The notes under the pieces are model-generated. The model was not told where the DNA came from, did not search any database, and was given only the letters and a program-made list of their open reading frames with translations. This document shows, piece after piece, positions 10,295 to 19,637 of a DNA stretch of 64,000 nucleotides; position 1 is the stretch's first letter, and each line of letters begins with the position of its first letter. Origin of the DNA: Candidatus Moanibacter sp. (GTDB lineage Bacteria; Verrucomicrobiota; Verrucomicrobiia; Opitutales; UBA2987); contig CBDCEW010000105.1 of assembly GCA_965215885.1 (NCBI GenBank), positions 256,001 to 320,000 on the forward strand. The letters run 5' to 3'. The position numbers and the translations under genes are program-made.

Positions 10295-11035
10295 CCATCG
10301 TTCTGAATTTCGGTTGGCACGCAAATTGCGTGGAGTTCTCTGGTTAGAGCATGAAGAAAATGGGGAGCAGAGGGAGGGCACTGGCGTCGTTGTCAGGAGG
10401 CAATCCGATGGGGTTGCGGGTTTAAGGATTGATCCTGGCGATTACAGACTTCGAAGAGTTCCTCAAGGAAGTTTTCTTTTCGCAGGAGCTTTTTGGGCAA
10501 TCGACCCACGGCGAGGGTTTTTCTGTTCGCCCGCCAGTGACTGAAGGGGGGTGCTTTCTGTGCAGCCTGGGCAAGCTTCTGGGGCAGATTATCGATACTG
10601 CCTAAAACCAGCTCCACATAGCGGGGATTGTGTAAGTTGGCCAGGAGCATGTATTCTTCGGGGAGCGCTTCAAAGTCGCGCGTCAGATTTTTGCGCCCGT
10701 GGGTTTGACGGCGTTTGCGCTTGGAGGTGCGCCAGGTGCCTTCCAGCTCACTGGTCGTGCGTACGCTGTCTGGATGGGCCGGTGGGGGAAGCAGCCGCTG
10801 CCAGTATTTGTCCAGATGAGTGACCACGGTGCGGTAGAGTTTGGCTTTCGAGGGGTTGGTCAGGGAGGCGCCTTTTTGGCGATATTGGGCACGCAGCAAC
10901 TGGAGAGCCTCGGTGAGCTCAGCGGCTTGTCCTGCTTGCAACAGATAAGGGTCGCTTAAAGGGCAGGGGCCGCTGGCGCTGAGCCAAAGGGCATCGCGCA
11001 AAGCGCTGAAAATGCAAAAAGCGTTTTCATAGATA
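10295..11035 (-). mobile_element. IS-B, truncated copy (right end and 3' part of transposase), inverted relative to 41099-44046
   Basis: Near-identical to reverse complement of ~43306-44046; TIR CCATCGTTCTGAATTTCGGTTGG at 10295; cut by IS-A at 11036. Confidence 0.93.
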
Positions 11036-12953
11036 GACCCCATTCGAAAAGCCTTTCGAGCGGACGGTTTCAGGTTTTCCGCCACAGGCGGACCAGCCTA
11101 TGGCTGGCAGGCGTCGGGTTTCAGGCTGCCGACGCTGCCGATGAGCAGGTATTGAGCGGCCATCGGCGTGGCTTGCTGCACAATACGCATATTTGCCGCT
11201 GTTTGGAGGCATACTCATCCCGTGGTGCTTTTTTCTCCGAGCTGCAAAGCGGTCAGATTCAGGCCGCCTGTTCCAGTTCCTCCCCTCGGCGTTTCTTCAT
11301 CAGTATGATGCGGCAGAAGTTGTAGGCCAGAACCTTCTCGAGCAGTTCATCGCCTACCGCATCGATGCCGCGGCGGCCGAGTTCGCCAAAGGCAAATCCA
11401 TCTTTAATCGTGAACATCAGCGACTCCACTGCGGAGCGATTGCGGCGTGCCTCGCGATACGCCTCGCTCTCCCGGTCCTCGGGGGTGGTCAACTTCTTGC
11501 CCTTCGCCCCACTGATACTGATCTGCTTTACCCCCATGCCCAGCACCTCCTTGCGCCCCTTCGCCGAAGCATATCCGTCATCGGTGCTGATCAGTTCAGC
11601 AATGACACCGGTGCGCTTGATCGAATCGCCGATGGCCGGCGCCAGCTCAATGGAGTCTGCCGCATTGCCTTGCGGTACGATCAGGCTGGTGACAAAACCG
11701 TTTTCGCTGCGAACCAGTTGTGGCTTGTACCCGATCACTGGATTGCGGCTGCCCTTCTTGATGTAGGCCGCCGATCCGTCCGACAGGCTCAGGACCTTCT
11801 GTGTGGACGGTAGCTTCTTTTCGTGAAACACCCGATCATGAGCATACTCAACAACCCGCTTGGCGTCGGCAATATCGCGCCTGATCTGGCTCAATACCCG
11901 CTTCAGAAGCTCCCGGCGAGTGGGAGGCAGTGAATCCATCGACAGGCCCTCTTCAAGATGGCTCAGTTCCCCCGTTAGTGAGTCGGCCGCCTTGCGGCCC
12001 CGCTTGAGCAACCGCCGGTAGTGTTTCTTCAGCTTGCCCTTCGGCTTCGGTTTGCCCGCGGCCAGACAAATCTGAAACTCCAGCTTGTCCATTTCCTCCA
12101 GCCAACGCCCAACCCATCCCTTGCGAAAATCCTCCAGCCCGAAGACATGCAACTTCTGACCCAAACGATTGGCCCGCATCAAAAGACCGCTCAGAATCTT
12201 CCCATCGGTGGGCCAGCAGCTGTTTGCTTTCACCGAGGTGCTGTCGATCGTCAGCTTCCCGAAATCGTCCCATTGCTCCTGGAGGATAAACCCAATCTGT
12301 TTATCAAAGATCAACTCGCGGGTCCTATGGCTGACCAGGTTCACGTTCTCCAGAATCGTCGTCACCGCCGGCATTCTCAGTCCCCCGCTCTGCAAAAATC
12401 CGTACAAGCTCATCGACTCGCGCACAAACCGCCGTGCCGGTTTCGTGGTCAACGAACCCAGAAACCCTCGAAGCATCACGAACACGTATACCGCATAAGC
12501 CGGCATCCGCGGCCGGCCTGCCCCAAGATTCAATTCAGCAGCCAGAATATTCTCCTCCTCGATGTCCAGCTCCGGCAGCTCCGCTGTGCGCCCTTCAAAG
12601 AACCTTCGATCTTCCAATCGAAGTTTCTTCTTCTCACGCGCATGGGCGTCCAGATCCTTCTCGATCGCCTCGATGATTTGCGCCGCGAACCCGGCCAATT
12701 CTTCAACTTCATCCAGAAAATCACGAAACTCCGTGTCTGGAACCGGCAGAATGAGGTTGCTAAGGGGCGTCTTGTCGCTTTTGTTCTCCTCTGTCGCACA
12801 TGTTGGCATGTTTAACTCCTTTCTTAATCTTAAGTTGTTAAACACTAGTATGTTACGACACTTTTTATCAAGCCGAAAAACTGATTTTTCTCAAGTTTTT
12901 CTTGCGCCTTTTGCGCCTTTTTGCGGCAAATCAGTAGCTTTTCGGATAAGGTC
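11036..12953 (-). mobile_element. IS-A copy 2 (IS5-like); flanks not duplicated
   Basis: TIRs GACCCCATTCGAAAAGC / GCTTTTCGGATAAGGTC; flanks TAGATA vs GAGCTA. Confidence 0.95.
11259..12809 (-). CDS. DDE transposase, IS5-like/ISNCY-type (516 aa)
   Basis: IDSTSVKANSCWPTD, STDDGY, RNRSAVESL motifs; AAGGAG RBS before ATG 12809. Confidence 0.88.
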   Translation of the reverse strand: MPTCATEENKSDKTPLSNLILPVPDTEFRDFLDEVEELAGFAAQIIEAIEKDLDAHAREKKKLRLEDRRFFEGRTAELPELDIEEENILAAELNLGAGRPRMPAYAVYVFVMLRGFLGSLTTKPARRFVRESMSLYGFLQSGGLRMPAVTTILENVNLVSHRTRELIFDKQIGFILQEQWDDFGKLTIDSTSVKANSCWPTDGKILSGLLMRANRLGQKLHVFGLEDFRKGWVGRWLEEMDKLEFQICLAAGKPKPKGKLKKHYRRLLKRGRKAADSLTGELSHLEEGLSMDSLPPTRRELLKRVLSQIRRDIADAKRVVEYAHDRVFHEKKLPSTQKVLSLSDGSAAYIKKGSRNPVIGYKPQLVRSENGFVTSLIVPQGNAADSIELAPAIGDSIKRTGVIAELISTDDGYASAKGRKEVLGMGVKQISISGAKGKKLTTPEDRESEAYREARRNRSAVESLMFTIKDGFAFGELGRRGIDAVGDELLEKVLAYNFCRIILMKKRRGEELEQAA

Positions 12954-13341
12954 GAGCTATAAGGGCCGTATCCACCTCACAGCTACCATGATTCAAGACG
13001 ATCCGGGCCGCTTTGAGACCGCCGCTGAGATCAAGATGATGCGTGGGATGGGAGCGGACATGGTCACGCACAACGTCGGAACCGAGGCGGTCTACGCACG
13101 GCAACTCGGGATCCGCTTCGCGGCTTTGAACTCCGGCTCAAATCCCGCCGTGGGTGTAAGACCCTTCAAGTATGCGGACATGCAGAACAGCGTGGCGCGA
13201 ATCACCTCACAGTCCGTGCCGATTATTCTCGAATGCGTAGCAAAAATTCCAACCCTGGATAATTCCTACGATCCAATCTGTGACGGTGAGAGATATGAAG
13301 GTTCCTATACCGGCAAAAGCGCCAAACCCGGTGTAGGGTGA
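12954..13341 (+). pseudogene. 5'-truncated MTAP/purine nucleoside phosphorylase
   Basis: PGRFETAAEIKMMRGMGADMV..GTEAVYARQLGI; begins directly at the IS-A end. Confidence 0.82.
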
Positions 13342-13570
13342 ACGGGCGATGAGGTAACGTTCATTTAGGGGTGGAACCCGGCTTGGGAAGATCCCACCCC
13401 TCCTCGATCGGAGTGGACGTAGCCGCGTTCGCAAGAACGTGGTCGCGGATTCCGAAACGGCTACTTTGTCAGTCGAATCCCATTTTGATGAATACCCCTG
13501 GATCCTCTGTAACATTTCAGAAAGGATATATGATTGCAATCCAGCACAACCGGACTAAAGTGGACTAATT

Positions 13571-13813
13571 ATGAAATACACCATCCATGCAGCGAAGACA
13601 CAATTCTCGAAGCTTGTCGCGCAGGCCGAAGAAGGGAAGGAAGTCCTCATCGGAAGGGGCAACGGAAAGCCCACCGTTCAGTTAGTAAGGATCCAAAATT
13701 CCGGCACCCGGCTTCGAAGGCACCCAGAGTTAAAGGGCTCAATAGTAAAGATGAACAGAAAGGCACTGACACAACCACTACCCTCTGAGGAGTGGGGCAA
13801 TCTCATAAAGTAG
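13571..13813 (+). CDS. Phd/YefM-family antitoxin
   Basis: IHAAKTQFSKLVAQAEEGKEVLIGR; directly upstream of PIN toxin. Confidence 0.9.
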   Translation: MKYTIHAAKTQFSKLVAQAEEGKEVLIGRGNGKPTVQLVRIQNSGTRLRRHPELKGSIVKMNRKALTQPLPSEEWGNLIK

Positions 13814-13819
13814 CTTCGT

Positions 13820-14209
13820 ATGGCGGTACTCGATACCTGTACCTTTCTTTGGCTGGTCGATCGCCCGGAGGAACTTTCGGAAAGAGCGAAGCGTGAAATT
13901 GATCGCGCAGCAGAGCTTTACCTCAGCAGCATCAGCGTAACAGAGATTCATCGGCTGATTCGACTCAAAGAGCTGGAGATTAACGTCGAATCGAACTCTC
14001 TGGATAGCTGGATTGGGAAGGCCCTGGATCACCATCGAGTGACTTGCCACCCGATAACACTGGAGGTCGCACACGAGGCGGAGTTGCTCCCGTGGATACA
14101 CAAAAATCCGGCCGATCGCTTTATTCTGGCGACGGCCCATTTCCTAAAGACTCCTGTAATTTCGCCGGACATCCTGTTTCCTCAGTATCCTGTGTCCGTT
14201 ACATGGTAA
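13820..14209 (+). CDS. vapC: VapC/PIN-domain toxin
   Basis: VLDTCTFLW, SSISVTEI, HKNPADRFILATA, ISPD. Confidence 0.9.
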   Translation: MAVLDTCTFLWLVDRPEELSERAKREIDRAAELYLSSISVTEIHRLIRLKELEINVESNSLDSWIGKALDHHRVTCHPITLEVAHEAELLPWIHKNPADRFILATAHFLKTPVISPDILFPQYPVSVTW

Positions 14210-14317
14210 ACGGGCACGGTCGCACAGAACGGGACTCCGATAACCGTGAGGCGTAGGAAGGCCTTCTGATGGCGACTACCTCTTAGTCGTATCGACAGGG
14301 AACTGGCAAAGGCGAAT

Positions 14318-14452
14318 ATGCCTACCCCACGTTTCGTCCGCGCCGCAGCCGCGGCAGGCGGAAAGATCTACGCCATTGGTGGAATCGATGGCGTAGAGTT
14401 AGCCACCGTTGAGAAGCTGGATATATTATTATTCTTACACCAGAAGAACTAA
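14318..14452 (+). pseudogene. Isolated Kelch-repeat remnant
   Basis: Hand translation MPTPRFVRAAAAAGGKIYAIGGIDGVELATVEKLD = one Kelch repeat. Confidence 0.7.
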
Positions 14453-14601
14453 GTTCCGGAGTCCCGTGCACGCCGACCCTGCCGTAGTGCATGTTTAGCG
14501 TTTCTGATAACGATACCGATCAAACCACCGGAGGCGGCGGACAGACGGATTCACCCCGAGAGAGACGAACGACGCATTTAAATTGACGGCCGCCGATCGA
14601 A

Positions 14602-16005
14602 ATGCAAGAGCGTGAGGTTTATGACGGAAACGGAGATTCAGACTTGGAACGGGATTTTCGCGCGAAACTGACCGAAGGTCCGGTGGGGGCGACGCTGCTG
14701 GGGTTGTCTTTGCCGATGATGGGGGGAATCTTCGGCGCCATCGGTTTTAACCTCGCGGACACTTACTTCGTGGCACTGCTGGGCACCCGGGAACTGGCCG
14801 CCATGAGTTTCACCTTCCCCGTCGTGATGGTCATGATCGGGCTGGCTTTCGGGCTCAGTACCGGTACCGTCTCGGTGGTTTCACAGGCAATCGGCCGGGG
14901 CGAGATGGGACGGGTGAAACGTCTCGTAACTGACAGCTTGGTACTGGCTTTTCTCGCTGTGCTGGCCGCCTCAATCACGGGCATGTTGACCATCGACCCA
15001 CTCTTCACACTCTTGGGGGCAACGCCGGAAACACTGCCGTTGATCCGGGAATACATGCTGATCTGGTATCCCGGGATGGTCTGCCTGGTAGTTCCAATCG
15101 TAGCCAACGCGGCGATCCGGGCGACCGGAGATGCGAAAATCCCGGCGTTGATCATTATTGGCGGTACATTGACCAACCTGATCCTCGATCCCATCCTTAT
15201 ATTCGGCTGGTTCGGCTTTCCCGCGCTTGGATTGAAAGGGGCCGCAATCGCTACCGTTATCGGCAGGGCCGGTACGATGGTGATCTCCCTGCTGATACTT
15301 CACTACCGGGAGCGGTTAGTCGAATTTTCCCTTCCAAAGTTTAGGGAAGTATTAGATTCGTGGAAGACGGTGGGCACGATTGCGGTACCGGCAACGTTGA
15401 CCAATCTTCTCCAGCCGGTGGCCCTGGGCGCGATCACGCGGTTGATCGCGGAGTACGGTGCGGGTGCTGTTGCCGCCTGGGGGGCCGGATCGAGGGTTTC
15501 TTCATTTGTCCTCATTCCAATTTTCGGCGTGTGCTCGGGGTTGGTTCCTTTTATCGGGCAGAATTGGGGTGCAGAGCTCTTCGGACGCGTGAGCAAGGCA
15601 CGAAATTACGGCTACTTTTCCGCCGTCGTCTGGGGAGTCGCCCTCATAGGCTTACTGCACGTGGCCGCCGAACCAGTGGCGCGGGTGTTCAGCGACGATG
15701 CGGACGTCGTGAAAGAGATTGTGGGGTACCTATGGATCGTGCCGATCGGGTACGCAACCGTCGGAATTCTGAGCGTTACCGAGGAGACCCTGAACGCCAT
15801 CGGTAAGCCAATAATCGCGGCCGTCCAGACCCTCGTATACATGTTCGCCTTTTACATCCCACTGGGTTTTGCCGGCGCACGGATGCACGCCTTCACAGGA
15901 CTGCTTTGGGGACTGACGGCTGCCGATGTGCTCGGCGGAATCGTAGGCCTCTGGCTCGCCCGTACCATGTGTAGGCGTGGTGAACATGCCTGTTTGGCCC
16001 GATGA
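14602..16005 (+). CDS. MATE-family efflux transporter
   Basis: [52 protein letters not shown]. Confidence 0.93.
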   Translation: MQEREVYDGNGDSDLERDFRAKLTEGPVGATLLGLSLPMMGGIFGAIGFNLADTYFVALLGTRELAAMSFTFPVVMVMIGLAFGLSTGTVSVVSQAIGRGEMGRVKRLVTDSLVLAFLAVLAASITGMLTIDPLFTLLGATPETLPLIREYMLIWYPGMVCLVVPIVANAAIRATGDAKIPALIIIGGTLTNLILDPILIFGWFGFPALGLKGAAIATVIGRAGTMVISLLILHYRERLVEFSLPKFREVLDSWKTVGTIAVPATLTNLLQPVALGAITRLIAEYGAGAVAAWGAGSRVSSFVLIPIFGVCSGLVPFIGQNWGAELFGRVSKARNYGYFSAVVWGVALIGLLHVAAEPVARVFSDDADVVKEIVGYLWIVPIGYATVGILSVTEETLNAIGKPIIAAVQTLVYMFAFYIPLGFAGARMHAFTGLLWGLTAADVLGGIVGLWLARTMCRRGEHACLAR

Positions 16006-16006
16006 G

Positions 16007-16471
16007 ATGCTACACCTGACTCCTAAGGTGGGCGATGAGGCACCCGATTTCGAATTGTTTGGCATTGACGGGCGCGAATCCGTTCGACTCTCGGATTTTC
16101 GTGGGGAGAAACCTGTCGCCCTGGTCTTCGGCAGCTTTACCTGACCGCCCTTCGTAAGGGAAGCGGTCAGCCTTCGCGACCTTTACGAAGCCTATGATGG
16201 CCAGATCCAATTTCTGGTGATTTACATTCGCGAGGCGCATCCGGGCCTATTCTCCAAAATGACAATCCAGGATAACTTCCGAAGCATTCCTGGCATCAAC
16301 GAGATCCTCGACCGCCTGTCCCAACGGTGGGAGTTCCGCAGCACCCTCATCTGTTTCAGGTCCAGGAAATCCCGAGTAACCCAGATACCGGTCTCCGACC
16401 TTCACAACGAAGAGTCCGGGGTAACTGGCGGAAGTATCCCACGGCACCGGAAACTGACCATGTTCGACTAG
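16007..16471 (+). pseudogene. Iodothyronine-deiodinase-like thioredoxin-fold protein with in-frame UGA (probable Sec); native C-terminus lost after ~16246
   Basis: [12 protein letters not shown]...[14 protein letters not shown](16142)-PPF...FLVIYIREAHP. Confidence 0.8.
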
Positions 16472-16588
16472 CAGCGTTCGAATTGCTTTTCCTAATTCTC
16501 GTCGCGAGGCTGAATGCACTCTTGTGTTCTCGTCCCAACCCTCCAGCGGGTATTTCCGTAACGCCGATTTTAGTGTCTCGTCCATCAT
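16247..16588 (-). CDS. Hypothetical protein
   Basis: 113-aa ORF with GGAGG RBS. Confidence 0.5.
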   Translation of the reverse strand: MMDETLKSALRKYPLEGWDENTRVHSASRRELGKAIRTLLVEHGQFPVPWDTSASYPGLFVVKVGDRYLGYSGFPGPETDEGAAELPPLGQAVEDLVDARNASEVILDCHFGE

Positions 16589-16657
16589 GTTAAGTCCTCC
16601 GAATTAACACTCGCTGGACAATAAATGGTACTTTCTGTTCGGCGAAAACTGGTTATC

Positions 16658-17650
16658 TTAATCACAGATGATCATGACCAGTTCATTCAGTTCCGAAAGC
16701 CTCTCCTCCAGGTCAGGGGCAGGAACGCCAATCCATGCACCCCAGGGTTGGGATTCATGTCTCGTGGAAAGTACGGCAAAGGCAGCTAACTGATCGCGGG
16801 CGTTCTCCTCAATCGTGACATTCTCACCAATCGCCAGACGCGCTGCATAGGCAATTTCAATCCGTTCCTGCAACCACTCGGGTGCAATCTCTCTACGCTG
16901 AATTACGTCTTCTAGACTGGTGTCTGAAATAGTCGCAAGACGGTTTGCAAAACCTTGAGCATCGCGACCTCCGGCCACACGCTCGAAATGTGTCAATCCC
17001 CGCGCCATGGAGCTAATTCTCTCTCCCCAACTTTCCAAAAGAACGAGGCGGAGTGCACCTGCCGCCTCTCGAATCGCAAGAGTTGCATTCACATGGTCAT
17101 TTGCTTCTAGTGATTGGACCGCCCGATCTCTTGCGTCGCACACTTGAACCCTCCACTGCTGGATACGTGCTGCCACCACTAGTGGATCAAACCGAATCTC
17201 CCTCGCCCTCTTGGCAAATGCTTCAGCTAGTCCATCAGGATCGGCAACGCCTCTTCCCCCATATGACTTATCTATACCATGAAGCCATCGGCGGTCTGAC
17301 ATACGCCTTGCCGCTTCCGGGGCGCCTGCCTTAATCACCTGTTCCACTTCCTGGTCGCTAAAGCGCAGCCAGCCAACATCAAGCGATTGAGCCCAATCCG
17401 ACCCCGCCCACCGCTCGACAAGTGCCGATCTCCGGCGCTCGATTTCTACTTCAGTCTCGGCGCCTTCAGTCGAGATGGGTATGAAATCAATGTCAGATAA
17501 CGGCCACGGCTCCCCCCTTCCAACGCTACCGCCAAGAACAAGCCCTCGCACGCCGGGCACCTTTCCCAACGCAGAAGCCGCTTCCTCAGCGCGCTCCTCG
17601 AGCAACTGACGCCAACGATCCGTCACGGTGGTCTCCACTTTCAATCCCAA
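16658..17650 (-). CDS. Nucleotidyltransferase-domain protein (Pol-beta superfamily)
   Basis: LGGSVGRGEPWPLSDID motif plus helical C-terminal domain. Confidence 0.75.
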   Translation of the reverse strand: MGLKVETTVTDRWRQLLEERAEEAASALGKVPGVRGLVLGGSVGRGEPWPLSDIDFIPISTEGAETEVEIERRRSALVERWAGSDWAQSLDVGWLRFSDQEVEQVIKAGAPEAARRMSDRRWLHGIDKSYGGRGVADPDGLAEAFAKRAREIRFDPLVVAARIQQWRVQVCDARDRAVQSLEANDHVNATLAIREAAGALRLVLLESWGERISSMARGLTHFERVAGGRDAQGFANRLATISDTSLEDVIQRREIAPEWLQERIEIAYAARLAIGENVTIEENARDQLAAFAVLSTRHESQPWGAWIGVPAPDLEERLSELNELVMIICD

Positions 17651-17986
17651 TCAAAATTTGAACAATAACGTAGCGGACAAATCGCTGAGCGAAGTCGGGG
17701 CCTAACCAAGCTAGGAAGATGTCGGTGATCCAATCCCGCCGCACTCTACGAAAGCACCCAGATGGTTGTCTTTTCAGCGAATTCAGTAAGCTAAGTCCGA
17801 CAGATTCCTGGGCGCAGCGCGGGTCTTGCTCTCCGGCCTTCCAGCCGGAAGTGCCGGGTGTGTTATAATCGATCGCCTCGAGGGCGCGGCGAGCCTGCTC
17901 CCACATACGGTGCTAACAACTATTGATTTCTTGGCCAATTATTCTTAAACCGAAGCGAATTGAATCTCATATGACAAAAATTCCCT

Positions 17987-18991
17987 ATGAAAAGAAATAA
18001 AATCAGTGGTCTCAGATTAGGTCGCATTATTGAGATCTCTCTGGCTTTGACCCTAATAGGCTGTGACAGTCGCGACAAAGTTTTTTTCTCCAATCAATCT
18101 GCCCATGAGATCGGCTTACTCGTTGATGCGGCCGATGGGGCGGGAGATTTTAACAGCCGACAGTTCAAAACTACGGACTCTGTATTTGTATTCGCCGACG
18201 ATTTAACGGGAAAAAGCATTGGACCGGGTGAGGTTGTGGCTTTTAACAAACGTCGCCCGCCGTTCGCCAGAAATCCCGTCGACTGGCACAAAGGGGCAGA
18301 TCTAGTTTCCATTCCCTTTGATGACGAATACGTTTTGAATTACACGATTTGGATTGTCGATGTGAACTGGGCAAACACGGTGACGAATCGGACCAACGAA
18401 ACATTGGATCAGCTCGCATACGCTGGGGAGCTATTTAAATCCGAGGGTGTTGGGCTTCTGAACGGGGACGTCCGGGTCGTTGACGCCACGGGAGACCCTG
18501 ATGCGAAGGACCTACGAGACTGCGACGTCTGCGGACCAAACTATAGCGCCAGCCTCATGAACCGGATCGGTTTTGACAACGGATTGATCAATATTTACCT
18601 CACGCGAAAAGTACTAGGCAGTAGATATAATGGCGCTGCACTTATTGGCGGAGACCAGATCCTCATGGGGATGTATGCAGGTAGCGAGGACATCCTAGTA
18701 CATGAGATCGCTCATTGTTTTACCCTCGAACATACAAACGACCTCAACGACCATTTTGACAGCAAAAATGTCCTCCAGTCGGGTGGGAATATATTCACTA
18801 AAGGTAAGTACTTCACGGAAGGGCAGATCTTCCGGATTCATTTCGAGCCGACGAGTGCCATCAACGATACTTACAGCGCGCGGTCGGGCCTTTACACCGC
18901 ATTCTGCTTTCATTCGGTATCCCCAACGATTACCTGCCCAAGAGTTCAGAAGCGGATATGGAATGACGGTTCCGACTGGCCGGCGAATTAA
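17987..18991 (+). CDS. Lipoprotein zinc metalloprotease (metzincin, M43-like)
   Basis: Lipobox LIGC; HEIAHCFTLEH. Confidence 0.72.
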   Translation: MKRNKISGLRLGRIIEISLALTLIGCDSRDKVFFSNQSAHEIGLLVDAADGAGDFNSRQFKTTDSVFVFADDLTGKSIGPGEVVAFNKRRPPFARNPVDWHKGADLVSIPFDDEYVLNYTIWIVDVNWANTVTNRTNETLDQLAYAGELFKSEGVGLLNGDVRVVDATGDPDAKDLRDCDVCGPNYSASLMNRIGFDNGLINIYLTRKVLGSRYNGAALIGGDQILMGMYAGSEDILVHEIAHCFTLEHTNDLNDHFDSKNVLQSGGNIFTKGKYFTEGQIFRIHFEPTSAINDTYSARSGLYTAFCFHSVSPTITCPRVQKRIWNDGSDWPAN

Positions 18992-19020
18992 CTCTATCAT
19001 TCACCAAAAAAATAAGCATC

Positions 19021-19554
19021 ATGCAAAAGCGATCTCCACTAGCAGCTCTTACAATTCTTACCTGCTCCATCTCGTTGAGCGGGCAGCACGGTGAGGAAAA
19101 TCCTCCAGCAGATTTATCTGTCATGAACAGATTCCTGGGAAACACCTGCTTCGATGAAATAATCAGTAAGCGATTGCATAAAGAATTAATCACGAATGCC
19201 CTGGAAGCTGAACCGTTTTTTATCAATCTCGTAGAAGACGGCCCTGGCGAAACAATGATTGAAAAGGAAAGGGCTCACCTAAAAGGAATCTATGAGATCC
19301 GAACGGCCTTCGATCGGAATAAATCCATAAAGGTCACCTATGAAGGCCCCGGATTTGAACAGGGGGCGCCAACTTTGCCAGATGAGAAAGAATACATTGA
19401 ATCAAAGCTCGCATCCTTCAAAAACAGAATAAGGGCAAGAGCGTTGGAAGGATTGGCGATCCTCGAAACCAAATCAAGTATTCGTTATGTGGAAGAGAAA
19501 GCGAATGACGATAATTTCCCGCTGAATGGATTGGCCGCTGACCTTTTGAAGTAA
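19021..19554 (+). CDS. Secreted hypothetical protein
   Basis: 177-aa ORF with signal-like N-terminus, co-oriented with the protease. Confidence 0.6.
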   Translation: MQKRSPLAALTILTCSISLSGQHGEENPPADLSVMNRFLGNTCFDEIISKRLHKELITNALEAEPFFINLVEDGPGETMIEKERAHLKGIYEIRTAFDRNKSIKVTYEGPGFEQGAPTLPDEKEYIESKLASFKNRIRARALEGLAILETKSSIRYVEEKANDDNFPLNGLAADLLK

Positions 19555-19637
19555 AGCCTTGGGGTCCGTGGACGCAGGTTAAAACCCCCACCTCAGCGGT
19601 TTCGCCGACAAAAAGCAAATTCATATCATATATCATA

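Noticed and set aside
16247..17650. MNT-HEPN toxin-antitoxin pair or integron cassettes
   Set aside because: No clear RX4-6H HEPN motif in the partner; GCCGAAC after the stop is not followed by an attC hairpin
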